IMG/VR virus record: IMGVR_UViG_3300006115_000011
Location: 1-56,657 of that record
Reading direction: 5' to 3' (one strand)
Length of the DNA: 56,657 nt
DNA from: a virus
Lineage: Duplodnaviria > Caudoviricetes
This document shows positions 1 to 9,200 of the stretch, one piece after another. A program made the translations under genes and the position numbers. Positions within the stretch are counted from its first letter, which is position 1. Each line of letters opens with the position of its first letter. The notes under the pieces were generated by a model, which did no database searches, was not told the origin of the DNA, and saw only the letters and a list, made by a program, of their open reading frames with translations.

Positions 1-813
1 TTCCTTCAAGGGTTGGCTGAACTCGGGTATGGGTTCGCCTACAGAGTTCTTGACGCTCAGCATTTCGGAGTGCCACAAAGACGCAAGCGTGTGTTCGTTG
101 TCGGATGTCTTGGAGACTGGCGAGGTGCCGCCAAAGTATTATTTGAGTCAGAAAGCCTGTGCGGGGATATTACACAGAGCAGACAAAAGAGGGAAGAAAC
201 TTCCGAATATGTTGCGGACTGCGTTGGAACTCTCCTCGCAAGAGACCATAAAGGAATAGACAATTACGATCATACTAAAATGATTGCAAGAAGCGTGAGT
301 GCTATTGATCTTAAAGATGTATCAAAGACATTGACTGCATCATATGGTATGGGAGGTGCAGATTTAGATATTAAGCCATTAGTATTAGAGCCAAATAAAG
401 CTTATGGTTTTGAGCCTGGCATTACAAAACGAGAAGGCAATCCATCAAGATTTTCAGAAGAGATATCACCAACACTAAGAGCGCAAATGGGAGATAATCA
501 AGTAGCAGTTGCTTACAATATTACTTTTTGTGATGCGAATGGTAAAAGAAAAGATAGGCCTAATGGCGGTTTATATGTAAACGAAACTGATACATCAAAT
601 ACTTTAACTAAGGCTGGTATTGGCACTAACGCAATTCAAAATATGCGCGTTAGAAGATTAACACCAATGGAATGCGAAAGACTCCAGGGCTTTCCTGATA
701 ACTATACAAACACACCAACATCAAGCGACACCACTCGATATAAAGCATTAGGCAATTCAATGGCAGTGCCAGTCATGAAATGGATTGGTGAAAGAATTAA
801 TGATATTACTTAG
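1..813 (+). CDS. DNA (cytosine-5) methyltransferase, 5'-truncated by window edge
   Basis: Frame open from base 1. C5-MTase motifs: VIII (LDAQHFGVPQRRKRVF), IX (RRLTPMECERLQGFPD), X (RYKALGNSMAVPV). Confidence 0.93.
   Translation, partial: FLQGLAELGYGFAYRVLDAQHFGVPQRRKRVFVVGCLGDWRGAAKVLFESESLCGDITQSRQKREETSEYVADCVGTLLARDHKGIDNYDHTKMIARSVSAIDLKDVSKTLTASYGMGGADLDIKPLVLEPNKAYGFEPGITKREGNPSRFSEEISPTLRAQMGDNQVAVAYNITFCDANGKRKDRPNGGLYVNETDTSNTLTKAGIGTNAIQNMRVRRLTPMECERLQGFPDNYTNTPTSSDTTRYKALGNSMAVPVMKWIGERINDIT
2..259 (+). CDS. Overlapping +1-frame ORF resembling the M.EcoHK31I beta polypeptide (5'-truncated, or starting at ATG 29)
   Basis: Open from base 2. WLNSGMGSPTEFLTL...CSLSDVLETGEVPPKYYLSQKACAGILHRADKRGKKLP resembles, from memory, the alternative-frame beta subunit of split C5-MTases. 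Confidence 0.6.
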   Translation, partial: SFKGWLNSGMGSPTEFLTLSISECHKDASVCSLSDVLETGEVPPKYYLSQKACAGILHRADKRGKKLPNMLRTALELSSQETIKE

Positions 814-966
814 ATACTTTGTATAGCAAAAAGCGCAATATATTAAACACAAACTAACTTGTATTGAATAGATTACATACAAAGGCGTTTGTGTAACAAA
901 AATGGTTATTTTTTACATGCAAAGTGTATTAAATATTAGAACGATTAATCTATCAAGGAGAACATT

Positions 967-1038
967 ATGTGGACTAAGCCAGCTGCAACTGAAATGAGAT
1001 TTGGTTTCGAAGTTACTATGTACGTAATGAATAAGTAA
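967..1038 (+). CDS. pqqA: Pyrroloquinoline quinone precursor peptide PqqA (23 aa, MWTKPAATEMRFGFEVTMYVMNK)
   Basis: Hand-translated. Has the ExxxY core (EVTMY) and the MWxxP/RFGFE leader. SD AAGGAG at 955-960; followed by an intrinsic terminator. Confidence 0.96.
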   Translation: MWTKPAATEMRFGFEVTMYVMNK

Positions 1039-1056
1039 TACACACGATACACATTC

Positions 1057-1080
1057 AGGGGAGCTTCGGCTCCCTTTTTT
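1057..1080 (+). terminator. Rho-independent terminator after pqqA
   Basis: GGGAGC-TTCG-GCTCCC hairpin followed by T6. Confidence 0.92.
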
Positions 1081-1176
1081 GTTGCCTATTTTTTAATCAG
1101 ATATCCATACACCTATATTTTTACCATGTCAACGTATTTATTATTTTTTTTTTTACTATTTTCTATATATATTTAA

Positions 1177-1220
1177 TCCATTTTAACTTATAGTTACATC
1201 ACTGCAACGTTATGCAGCAT
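1177..1220 (+). promoter_or_regulatory. Putative early promoter/leader, copy 1
   Basis: TCCATTTTAAnTnAnnnTTACATC is shared with 2615-2638. Contains TATAGT (-10-like) and is followed by a CTGCA-N6-TGCAG hairpin. Confidence 0.55.
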
Positions 1221-1239
1221 TTAAATAAAAGGAAAATAT

Positions 1240-1518
1240 ATGAAAACATTAGTACAAAACACAGTAGTAGATACATTAGGTTTACTCTTAGCTCAACAAG
1301 CCGATATCACAGCAAAGATTGACGCTATCAAGTCTCAACTCAAAGAATCAGGCGCTGGCATATACGAAGGTGCAATGTATAAGGCCAACGTTATTGTTGC
1401 TAACTATTCAACAGTTGACTACAAACAAGTCTTTGCAGAATGCTCAGTTCCAGCTGAAGTTATTGCTCGCAATACCAAAACACAAGAACGTGTTTCGTTA
1501 AAAGTAACTTCAAGATAA
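1240..1518 (+). CDS. Hypothetical early protein (92 aa)
   Basis: ORF with AAGGA SD; first gene after an AT-rich intergenic region. Confidence 0.75.
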   Translation: MKTLVQNTVVDTLGLLLAQQADITAKIDAIKSQLKESGAGIYEGAMYKANVIVANYSTVDYKQVFAECSVPAEVIARNTKTQERVSLKVTSR

Positions 1519-1528
1519 GGGGCCAATA

Positions 1529-1798
1529 GTGAAAACATTTTCAAGATCACAATTAAAAAGAGCTATGGGTAAAAAATACCCTGGCATATGGCTCAAGGAC
1601 TCAGAGTATTTTAACGGCTCTAAAAGCGCGTTATGGACTGGCGAAGGTTCATATATGCCCGACGAAGATGAAGCGTTTAATCACTATCGCCGTGACTTTG
1701 AGATGGGTATTCATCCTGAGTTGTATGCATACCTTAACGCACGCGGCTGGCATTGTGAGTGGTATGACGGCGGCACAATTTTAATCTATAAAAACTAA
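1529..1798 (+). CDS. Hypothetical early protein (89 aa)
   Basis: GTG start with AAGGGG SD; tightly packed operon. Confidence 0.75.
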   Translation: MKTFSRSQLKRAMGKKYPGIWLKDSEYFNGSKSALWTGEGSYMPDEDEAFNHYRRDFEMGIHPELYAYLNARGWHCEWYDGGTILIYKN

Positions 1799-1808
1799 GG
1801 AGACTAAT

Positions 1809-2186
1809 ATGGGAACAAGAGCAGTTTATACATTCAAAGATGAGAGCGGTTCATACAGCGTTTACAAGCACTACGATGGTTATCCTGAAGGTGAGGGCGG
1901 CGGCTTTGGAGCTTACGGCTTTATCAAGGCCGCTAAAGCTTATGCCTGGGAACTTCCACGATTCGATGCATCAGAGTTCGCAGCAGCATTCATCGCAGCA
2001 AATAAGACTCAAGCAGGCGGTGACGTATATCTTACTTATGGCCACGAAGAACACGGCGACCTTGAGTATAGATATGAAATATCAGCAGATAAAGACAAGC
2101 TTATAGTTAAAGTATTTAAAGGAGAAGATTACGACGAAGATTCACGCAAGCAAATATATTCACCACACGGGGAGGTAATACTATGA
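1809..2186 (+). CDS. Conserved phage hypothetical protein (MGTRA...YxHxDGYP type)
   Basis: SD AAGGAG; MGTR...VYKHYDGYPEG motif typical of small phage early proteins. Confidence 0.8.
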   Translation: MGTRAVYTFKDESGSYSVYKHYDGYPEGEGGGFGAYGFIKAAKAYAWELPRFDASEFAAAFIAANKTQAGGDVYLTYGHEEHGDLEYRYEISADKDKLIVKVFKGEDYDEDSRKQIYSPHGEVIL

Positions 2187-2431
2187 TTTCAACTAAAGAT
2201 ATTAAGAAGGGCATGCCAATCAAACTTAAAAGTGGTTGGTGTGCTGTGATGATGGACAACAGACGCGGTAACATTCGCATGGCTGAAGTAGACGGCATAT
2301 TCAAAGAGATTGGCAGCATCTATGCATCCGAGATCATTGAAGCGTTCGTAGACGGTAAATGGCAGCACGTAACTCACTCAATGCGCAAGGGCCACGCTGA
2401 GATACCTAACTTCTTATATGGAGGGTTTTAA
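2183..2431 (+). CDS. Hypothetical early protein (82 aa)
   Basis: GGAGG SD; ATGA overlap with the upstream gene. Confidence 0.75.
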   Translation: MISTKDIKKGMPIKLKSGWCAVMMDNRRGNIRMAEVDGIFKEIGSIYASEIIEAFVDGKWQHVTHSMRKGHAEIPNFLYGGF

Positions 2432-2432
2432 T

Positions 2433-2516
2433 ATGGCCCAGCCAACGCTTCCAGAGCTTATAGAAGCCCTTAAAAAGATAGATAAGATAGTTATAGTCAA
2501 AGTAGGGGGAAAATAA
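2433..2516 (+). CDS. Small hypothetical peptide (27 aa, MAQPTLPELIEALKKIDKIVIVKVGGK)
   Basis: Hand-translated; GGAGG SD at 2420-2424; lies just before a terminator. Confidence 0.5.
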   Translation: MAQPTLPELIEALKKIDKIVIVKVGGK

Positions 2517-2521
2517 GAATT

Positions 2522-2546
2522 AGGGCCTTAAATGGCCCTTTTTTTT
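2522..2546 (+). terminator. Rho-independent terminator
   Basis: AGGGCC-TTAAAT-GGCCCT hairpin followed by a T-run. Confidence 0.85.
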
Positions 2547-2603
2547 GATAGCAATATCCGTGCCAGCTATATAAAAATAATTGAAAATATTTACATTAAA
2601 GTA

Positions 2604-2660
2604 TTGCAATTCAGTCCATTTTAATTCAATATTACATCTACGGACACATTGATCCGCATA
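2604..2660 (+). promoter_or_regulatory. Putative early promoter/leader, copy 2
   Basis: TTGCAA (-35) N17 CAATAT (-10). Carries the shared motif at 2615-2638, followed by a CGGA-N8-TCCG hairpin. Confidence 0.6.
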
Positions 2661-2679
2661 ACTCTAAGGAGACAGTAAA

Positions 2680-2862
2680 ATGGCAGCAAAAAGATATATA
2701 GTTAGATTGTTTGGTTTAGGTGGAGAATTAGCTATGACTACATCAGAAAACCCATGGCATCCAAATACATGGTCCACAGAACGTGGTGACCTTGTGCAAG
2801 TATATGACAGCTTGGAAGACGACTTTCTTCCTGACTACTACATTCAAAGAGATGGTGAATAA
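2680..2862 (+). CDS. Hypothetical early protein (60 aa)
   Basis: SD TAAGGAG. Confidence 0.7.
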   Translation: MAAKRYIVRLFGLGGELAMTTSENPWHPNTWSTERGDLVQVYDSLEDDFLPDYYIQRDGE

Positions 2863-3158
2863 TGTTTAACTCAGAAGAATTTATTAATCAAATATCAGCC
2901 GAGATACCGAAAGACTCGGCTGACGAGCTTCACATTCTAGTTGAAGACGTTATAGGATGGGTAGGCAAGACTTTAGAAGATTTAAACGGTTACAGCACTA
3001 AAGATTTATGCCGTTACTTCATTGAAGCAGCTCAGTACAGAATCGATGATGACCGTAACACGATGAAAGAACTTAGATGTTTCGAGCAGTTGCTTGCTTT
3101 TTTTAAAGAAGAGCTAGACAAAATTGATGACTTTATTTTATCAAACAGGAGAGACTAA
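2862..3158 (+). CDS. Hypothetical acidic protein (98 aa)
   Basis: TAATG stop/start overlap. Confidence 0.7.
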   Translation: MFNSEEFINQISAEIPKDSADELHILVEDVIGWVGKTLEDLNGYSTKDLCRYFIEAAQYRIDDDRNTMKELRCFEQLLAFFKEELDKIDDFILSNRRD

Positions 3159-3159
3159 C

Positions 3160-3324
3160 ATGGAACAAAACGACTTAGAATTCTTAAAACAATACATCGA
3201 GAGCCGTGCTAAGCACGGTTACTCTGATGAAGAGTTATTTGAGATGCAAGCATCATTCGGCCCAGACGAAGAAGTTGTTGACATCTTTACTGGCAAAACA
3301 ATCAACATCTGGGGATCAAAATGA
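3160..3324 (+). CDS. Small conserved phage hypothetical protein
   Basis: SD AGGAG before ATG 3160; EELFEMxAxFGxxxxVVDIxTG pattern. Confidence 0.7.
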   Translation: MEQNDLEFLKQYIESRAKHGYSDEELFEMQASFGPDEEVVDIFTGKTINIWGSK

Positions 3325-3497
3325 TTAAAGACATATTGCATTTTGGTAAGTGGAAGACGATGCATAGCATCTGGGATCGCATGAAGATGTATAAGTACAC
3401 GCATCCAAAGATGATTAAATTTGCTAAGATAGCTATTGTTGTGATTGGCGTGTTTATGTTGATCAATCACTTAGTAAACAAACATCACGGTAGATAA
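3321..3497 (+). CDS. Small membrane protein (58 aa)
   Basis: Hand-translated; ATGA overlap; C-terminal hydrophobic segment IAIVVIGVFMLI. Confidence 0.6.
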   Translation: MIKDILHFGKWKTMHSIWDRMKMYKYTHPKMIKFAKIAIVVIGVFMLINHLVNKHHGR

Positions 3498-3628
3498 CTT
3501 GCATTCAATCGTTAATCTGTTAATATCTCATATAGATCACTTAGACATGATCTTGTTGCTGGTGCCATTAGTTTTGTTGTTACTAATGGTGCTGGTAGCA
3601 ATCATTCAAGTTGAAATAGAATTATATA

Positions 3629-3672
3629 AAACCCACAAGAAACCCAAACGAAACCTACCAAAAACCTAGCAG
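3629..3672. repeat. Four AAACC-headed 11-bp repeats (iteron-like)
   Basis: AAACCCACAAG / AAACCCAAACG / AAACCTACCAA / AAACCTAGCAG at 3629, 3640, 3651 and 3662. Confidence 0.6.
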
Positions 3673-3789
3673 GTTATTTTCGCGCAATGAAATAAAATTT
3701 TCGCGGAAGAACTTCAAACAATAAACTCTAGTAACAAAATATCATTTACTTGTATACATTTAGCTAATTCACGATTACTATTGGCTGCT

Positions 3790-4278
3790 ATGAGTGAATC
3801 AGTAAAGAAGAACGGTAGGCCATCTAAATATACGAGAGAGCTTGCCATCGATATATGCGATAGAATCAGTAATGGTGAATCGCTAGCATCGATCACGAAA
3901 GAGGACGGATATCCGCACAAGTCGACGGTGTACGAGTGGCTGTTGGATCGCCCTGATTTTCGCGACCTTTACACGCGCGCACGCGAGGACCAAGCTGACA
4001 CGTTGGCAGACGAAATCCAGAAGATCGCGGACGAAGAGCCGATGTATCTGTTTGATGACAAAGGTAACAAACGCGTCGATAACGGTTACGTGTCATGGAT
4101 CAAGCATAAGACAGACACACGCAAGTGGATCGCGTCCAAGTTGAAGCCGCAGAAGTATGGTGACCGCATTGGTGTTGAAGGCGTGAAGGACGGCGAGCCA
4201 GTAAAGATGGAAGTCACTGCATTGTTTGATGCGATTGTAGACAACTTAGAACTTACCAGACAAAACGAAGATGAATAA
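3790..4278 (+). CDS. terS: Terminase small subunit
   Basis: GRPSKYT...ICDRISNGESL...TVYEWL HTH and RKWIASKLKPQKYGD; upstream of terL. Start is 3781 (TTG) or 3790 (ATG). Confidence 0.9.
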   Translation: MSESVKKNGRPSKYTRELAIDICDRISNGESLASITKEDGYPHKSTVYEWLLDRPDFRDLYTRAREDQADTLADEIQKIADEEPMYLFDDKGNKRVDNGYVSWIKHKTDTRKWIASKLKPQKYGDRIGVEGVKDGEPVKMEVTALFDAIVDNLELTRQNEDE

Positions 4279-4516
4279 CAACTGCGACGTAAAAGATTGT
4301 TTGTTATGCGCTCTTGGTCACGCACATAAGCATATGACGCTGAATGATCTCGTTAAGCACTTAACTGATTGCGTTAAAGATAATGACGAGCTACTCACAA
4401 GATTAGATAAAGCACCGTGTGTGGATGCAGACAAGATTTACACAGGCGCTAACTTTGATGCAGCTCACGAATACGAGTTGAATAAAAGCACTGGCGAAGT
4501 TCAGCGCAAGACATGA
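4271..4516 (+). CDS. Hypothetical protein between terS and terL
   Basis: Overlaps both neighbours in operon fashion. Confidence 0.6.
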   Translation: MNNNCDVKDCLLCALGHAHKHMTLNDLVKHLTDCVKDNDELLTRLDKAPCVDADKIYTGANFDAAHEYELNKSTGEVQRKT

Positions 4517-5952
4517 ACAACTTAGCATCCGTACTTAAAGACGCGGATACTAAACGACAGTTCGCATCAATGCCGCTAGATAAGCAAAAGGCTTACGTGT
4601 GGCGCATGAACTGGCTAATGAAAGCACATAAGCATCAAGTGCTGCCACCTGGTGACTGGGCGATCTGGTTACTGCTTGGTGGTCGAGGTGCAGGTAAGAC
4701 AAGAACGGCAGCCGAGCAGATAGCTTGGTGGGCCTACAGTCAACCGAAGACACGCTGGCTAGTGTCAGCACCAACTGCGATGGACGTGCGTGGAACGTGC
4801 TTTGAAGGTGACTCAGGCTTATTGACGATCATGCCAGCCGAGATGATCGCAGAGTATAACAAGTCGCTGCTTGAGATTAAGCTGACTAACGGATCATTGA
4901 TCAAGGGTATCTCAGCATCAGAACCTGATCGCTTCCGAGGTGGACAATATCACGGCGCGTGGTTAGACGAGTTAGCAGCATGGGATTACTTACAAGACGC
5001 CTGGGACATGATCATGTTATCAGTGCGGCTAGGACAGCAGACAAGGATCATAGCGTCAACAACGCCACGACCTAAAGACTTAGTAGTAGATTTAGTAGGA
5101 CGAGCGCAGGATGGCTCAGGTGAAGTTGTAATGACTACCGCGTCAACATACGCGAACATTGCTAACTTAGCACCAAGCTTCCAGCAACAGATCCTACAGT
5201 ACGAAGGAACGAAGCTAGGCCGACAAGAGATCTATGCTGAGCTGATCGATCCAGAAGAAGGCGGCATAGTTAAACGTAACATGTTTAAGCTCTGGCCACA
5301 TGGTAAAGCGTTTCCTAAGTTCGAGTACATCATACAAAGCTATGATTGTGCTTACACTGAGAAGACGATCAACGATCCGACAGCTTGCTTAGTGTTTGGA
5401 TTGTTTAAGCCAATGGACGGACCGATGTCAGTGATGTTGATAGACGCGTGGCAGGATCATATGCAATACCCTGACTTGCGCAAGAAGGTAAGAGAGGAAT
5501 ACGAGGTAAGCTATGGAGCTGACAGTGAGAATGACACAGGCGAATTTGTCAAGGGTAAGCGCGTTGATCTCATACTTGTCGAGGACAAGGCAGCTGGAAT
5601 CAGTCTTGTACAAGATATGCAACGGGCGCATCTACCAGTGCGAGCTTACAACCCAGGGAAAGCGGATAAGGTGCAAAGACTATCGATTGTTGCAAACATT
5701 ATTGCACATGGCCGCGTCTGGATCCCAGAGTCCAACAACAACAAGGGATACGTTAGGGATTGGGCAGAAGGCTTCGTGTCTCAGATATGTGCGTTCCCTG
5801 AAGCAACGCATGATGACTATGTGGATGCGTGTACGCAAGCACTAAGATACTTTAGAGACGCTGGCCTATTAAGTATAGATCCAGCACCGAGTGAAGACGA
5901 TTACTATGCTGACGAAGAACCACAAGCACGTGTGAATCCTTATGCGATATAG
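4513..5952 (+). CDS. terL: Terminase large subunit
   Basis: Walker A GGRGAGKT, Walker B WLDE, motif III TTP, RNase H-like C-domain (SYDCA...HDDYVDA). Confidence 0.96.
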   Translation: MNNLASVLKDADTKRQFASMPLDKQKAYVWRMNWLMKAHKHQVLPPGDWAIWLLLGGRGAGKTRTAAEQIAWWAYSQPKTRWLVSAPTAMDVRGTCFEGDSGLLTIMPAEMIAEYNKSLLEIKLTNGSLIKGISASEPDRFRGGQYHGAWLDELAAWDYLQDAWDMIMLSVRLGQQTRIIASTTPRPKDLVVDLVGRAQDGSGEVVMTTASTYANIANLAPSFQQQILQYEGTKLGRQEIYAELIDPEEGGIVKRNMFKLWPHGKAFPKFEYIIQSYDCAYTEKTINDPTACLVFGLFKPMDGPMSVMLIDAWQDHMQYPDLRKKVREEYEVSYGADSENDTGEFVKGKRVDLILVEDKAAGISLVQDMQRAHLPVRAYNPGKADKVQRLSIVANIIAHGRVWIPESNNNKGYVRDWAEGFVSQICAFPEATHDDYVDACTQALRYFRDAGLLSIDPAPSEDDYYADEEPQARVNPYAI

Positions 5953-6030
5953 AAGAAGAATACACGAACACACACGTAAGGTTAGAAGCTTAAGAAGTAG
6001 ACGTGGCACAGTTAGATACTGGTATAAGGA

Positions 6031-6213
6031 TTGTCAAGAGTGGCAAATATAAAGTCACCGTGCAAGAGCGTATGCCAACTTATACCTGGCACAGAAACAT
6101 GTAAGGCATGTAAGCGAACAGTAGAAGAGATAACAAACTGGTATGACTACACACCAGCACAACGCAAAGCTGTAGTAAAACGCATCAAGGATCTAAATGG
6201 GCGTAACAAATAA
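6031..6213 (+). CDS. DUF1289-like Cys4 protein
   Basis: SPCxxVC...CxACxRTxEEIxxW pattern. Confidence 0.8.
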   Translation: MSRVANIKSPCKSVCQLIPGTETCKACKRTVEEITNWYDYTPAQRKAVVKRIKDLNGRNK

Positions 6214-9200
6214 ACTATTGCAAGAGATTACAGAAGCAGCAGCTAAAGGGCTTGAGCGTAAAGCAGTTGAAGTTGCAGCGCGTGATCCTGTATTACCTCC
6301 TCCATTACCGCGTGCCAAACCATACACAGACGAACAGTTACGCTCGTTTGCTGAACGCATGGCACCACAAGTCAATGGTGAATTCGTGCGTCTTGATCCT
6401 ACTACATCAAAAAACCCTGCTGACTTATCTTACAAAGTGTGGAAGAGACAACAAGAATTGCAACACACTATCGTGCCAACACGCGAAGTACAATCTACCG
6501 TACCATACGATCCAGCTAAGTGGGAAGGCCACGTGCTTTCTTCTATCGTAGGCGATCCTACCATCGGCGATAAAGAGATCATCGACATTAATGGCAAGAA
6601 GCTTGTTGTTCCATCTAAACAAGAAGCAGGATCACTATACGGATTAGGCGAGCCAAAAGATGCTTGGGCATCAACAAAGAACGCCGCTAAAACTATCCAG
6701 GGCAGGATTATAGATACGAGCAACATATATAACGCTCCAGTGTTAGGCGTATACACTAAAGGCGGATCAGGATCTTATTCGTATGCGCATCACATTAACG
6801 ATGCATTGCTTAAAAACATATACAGCAACCTTGATCAGATGACGCCTAAACAAATTCAAGCATTCAATACACTCATACGTAATCACACACCAGAGTTTGC
6901 TGGCATTGAAAATCTTGAAGCATCGCTTAATCAATTCAAAACAAATCCTGAGTTGCGCAAAAAGTTTTACGCGGAAGCTATCAAGCCAACTAACTCAGCA
7001 ACAATGAACATACCTAACGGATCAGATGTAGTACACGCCGCACTTGAACCTGATTTACGTTACTTAGAGTCAGGCGCTACAGGCCACTCCATTATGCAGC
7101 TAGATCCAAGTCAAACTACATTGCAGCCAGCAACGCATACAACTTACACAAATAGAATACCAAGACTTGAAAATACGCCAGTGATGCAATCAAGCACACC
7201 AATACCATATCAACTTCAATATCCTGATCAAATGCAAGCGATCATGAATAACCCAAGACAAGCACCGCAACCATTCGGCACAATTTCAATGGGCGGCGCA
7301 TCACAAATCAATGACGCTCAACACGTAGATCAAATAAGCAAGTACTTGCAATTCATGAAAGAACTTACTGGACGCGCTAAGGGCGGATCAATACACATGG
7401 GTGCAGGCGGTTCATTAGCTGAAGCTATTGTTAAAGGCGTAGAAGAATCAGCAGGTAAAGCAGTTGCACCAAAAGTTAATCGTATAGACATGCACTTTAA
7501 AGATGTAACTAAACGCGTGCCTGAATTATCAAAAGGATTCCAGCAATTAACTACTGGAGAAATAACACCAGCAGGTTATGAAGCTCTTGTGAATCAATAC
7601 AAGCCAGTAACACCATTTAGCTTTGTACCAAAACCAGCAACACCAGAAGAAGCTATTGGTGCGCTAAAAGAAAATCAAAAAGGTTTATACGGCGTTCCTT
7701 CACAAATACTACAAGAAGGCCATCCAGTAGGATTACGTTTAGACATTCCTGCATACACTAACAAAGGCGTATGGGTTCCAACTATACACGAACAAATATC
7801 TGGTCACGGCGCTGGCCCACTCATCGGACATGAAAGCGTAGCTCACGTTACTGATCCAACATTCGGCATGTCACAAAAGGCAGCCGCATCAATCGCTGGT
7901 GGCAATCCTAAAGGCACGATAGCAACTATCAAAGGCAACTGGAAGCCAACCACGCCAGATGAAACTGTAGCAAAAGCCACAGAGATTATGAATGATCCTG
8001 AGTGGATACAAGTTGGTATGGATCCAGAGCGTCACTCTCATTTTTATGATAGAGCAACAATGGAACCAGTAGTCGCTGGCAAAGAAGCAATACAAGTTGG
8101 CCCAGCAGTATTCGTAAAGAATCCAACATACGGAAAAAAAGAAGACTTCTTATACAAAGATGGTGGCCGCGCTTATGCACAAGGCGGTGGCGTACATATG
8201 GCTGATGGCGGATCTAACATGCAACAAAATGCTGTTGATCCTATTACTGCTTACTTTATGCAAAACATTAATCCAACTAATTTGGATATGATGCCATCAC
8301 CTAGCTCATCATACATTCCACAAAAAATTACACCAAGCCCAAGCCAAGCAACGTTTAACAAAGTATCAGGCATTAGTCCAGTTACAAACATTATTAAAGA
8401 AGTTACAGGCGGTATACAAAATGGCGTGCAAAATCAGTTGCCAACAGATATACAGAATGCTTATAAAAACGGACCACAATCAATTAGTGACATAGGCATA
8501 CGTGCAGCTAATTCACTTGCTGGATTCCCAATGGATATTGCTAATAGCTTAGGTTATGGCAATCCATCATCACCATACAACAACAATGTAGTTCCAAGTC
8601 AATCACAACTTAACTACAATATGCCTGCAAAAAAACCAGCTCCATTAACTACAGAAGCGTTTAATGAAGCAACCATGCCGTTACAGTCAGGCAATAGCTA
8701 TCCTGCATTAGAAACTGCCGCAGCATCTATTGGACCTGGCATAGCAGAAGATGTTGGATCTATTGGTAAGACAGCAGTAAAAAAAGGCGCTAACTTCCTT
8801 GGCCAAGAACTTGTAAACGCTAAAGGCGCTAACCGTAACCTTATCGGTAAATACTTAAACGCTATCGATCCTGAGTTAAACATTATCAAGCCACAAGGCG
8901 GCATGTTAGTTAGCGGAGAGACAGAATTAGAAAGAGAACTTCGTCATATAAAGAAAGATGAAGGTGTGGTTGGAAGATATGTAGAGCCAGAAAATATGAT
9001 TAATGTTAATGACAGTTTAAAAGATAAGCGTGCAGTTGCATTAAACAATTGGATTGATACCAAAGTTAAAAAATATATTCGCAATCAAGCTGGCACAGAA
9101 AACGATCCAATATTTAAAGCTATTGAATCAGGCGTTCAATATAACTTTGATCCTGCTATGGGTGATACTAAGTACATGACACAAGTTAAAAGAGCTAAAG

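Noticed and set aside
5513-5845. 110-aa nested +1 ORF in terL with a GAGGT SD
   Set aside because: No recognisable features; alternative frames stay open easily in this GC-richer gene.
8134-8141. In-frame A AAA AAA G slippery run in the 1448-aa gene
   Set aside because: No stem at the proper spacing, and the -1 frame gives a short featureless tail.
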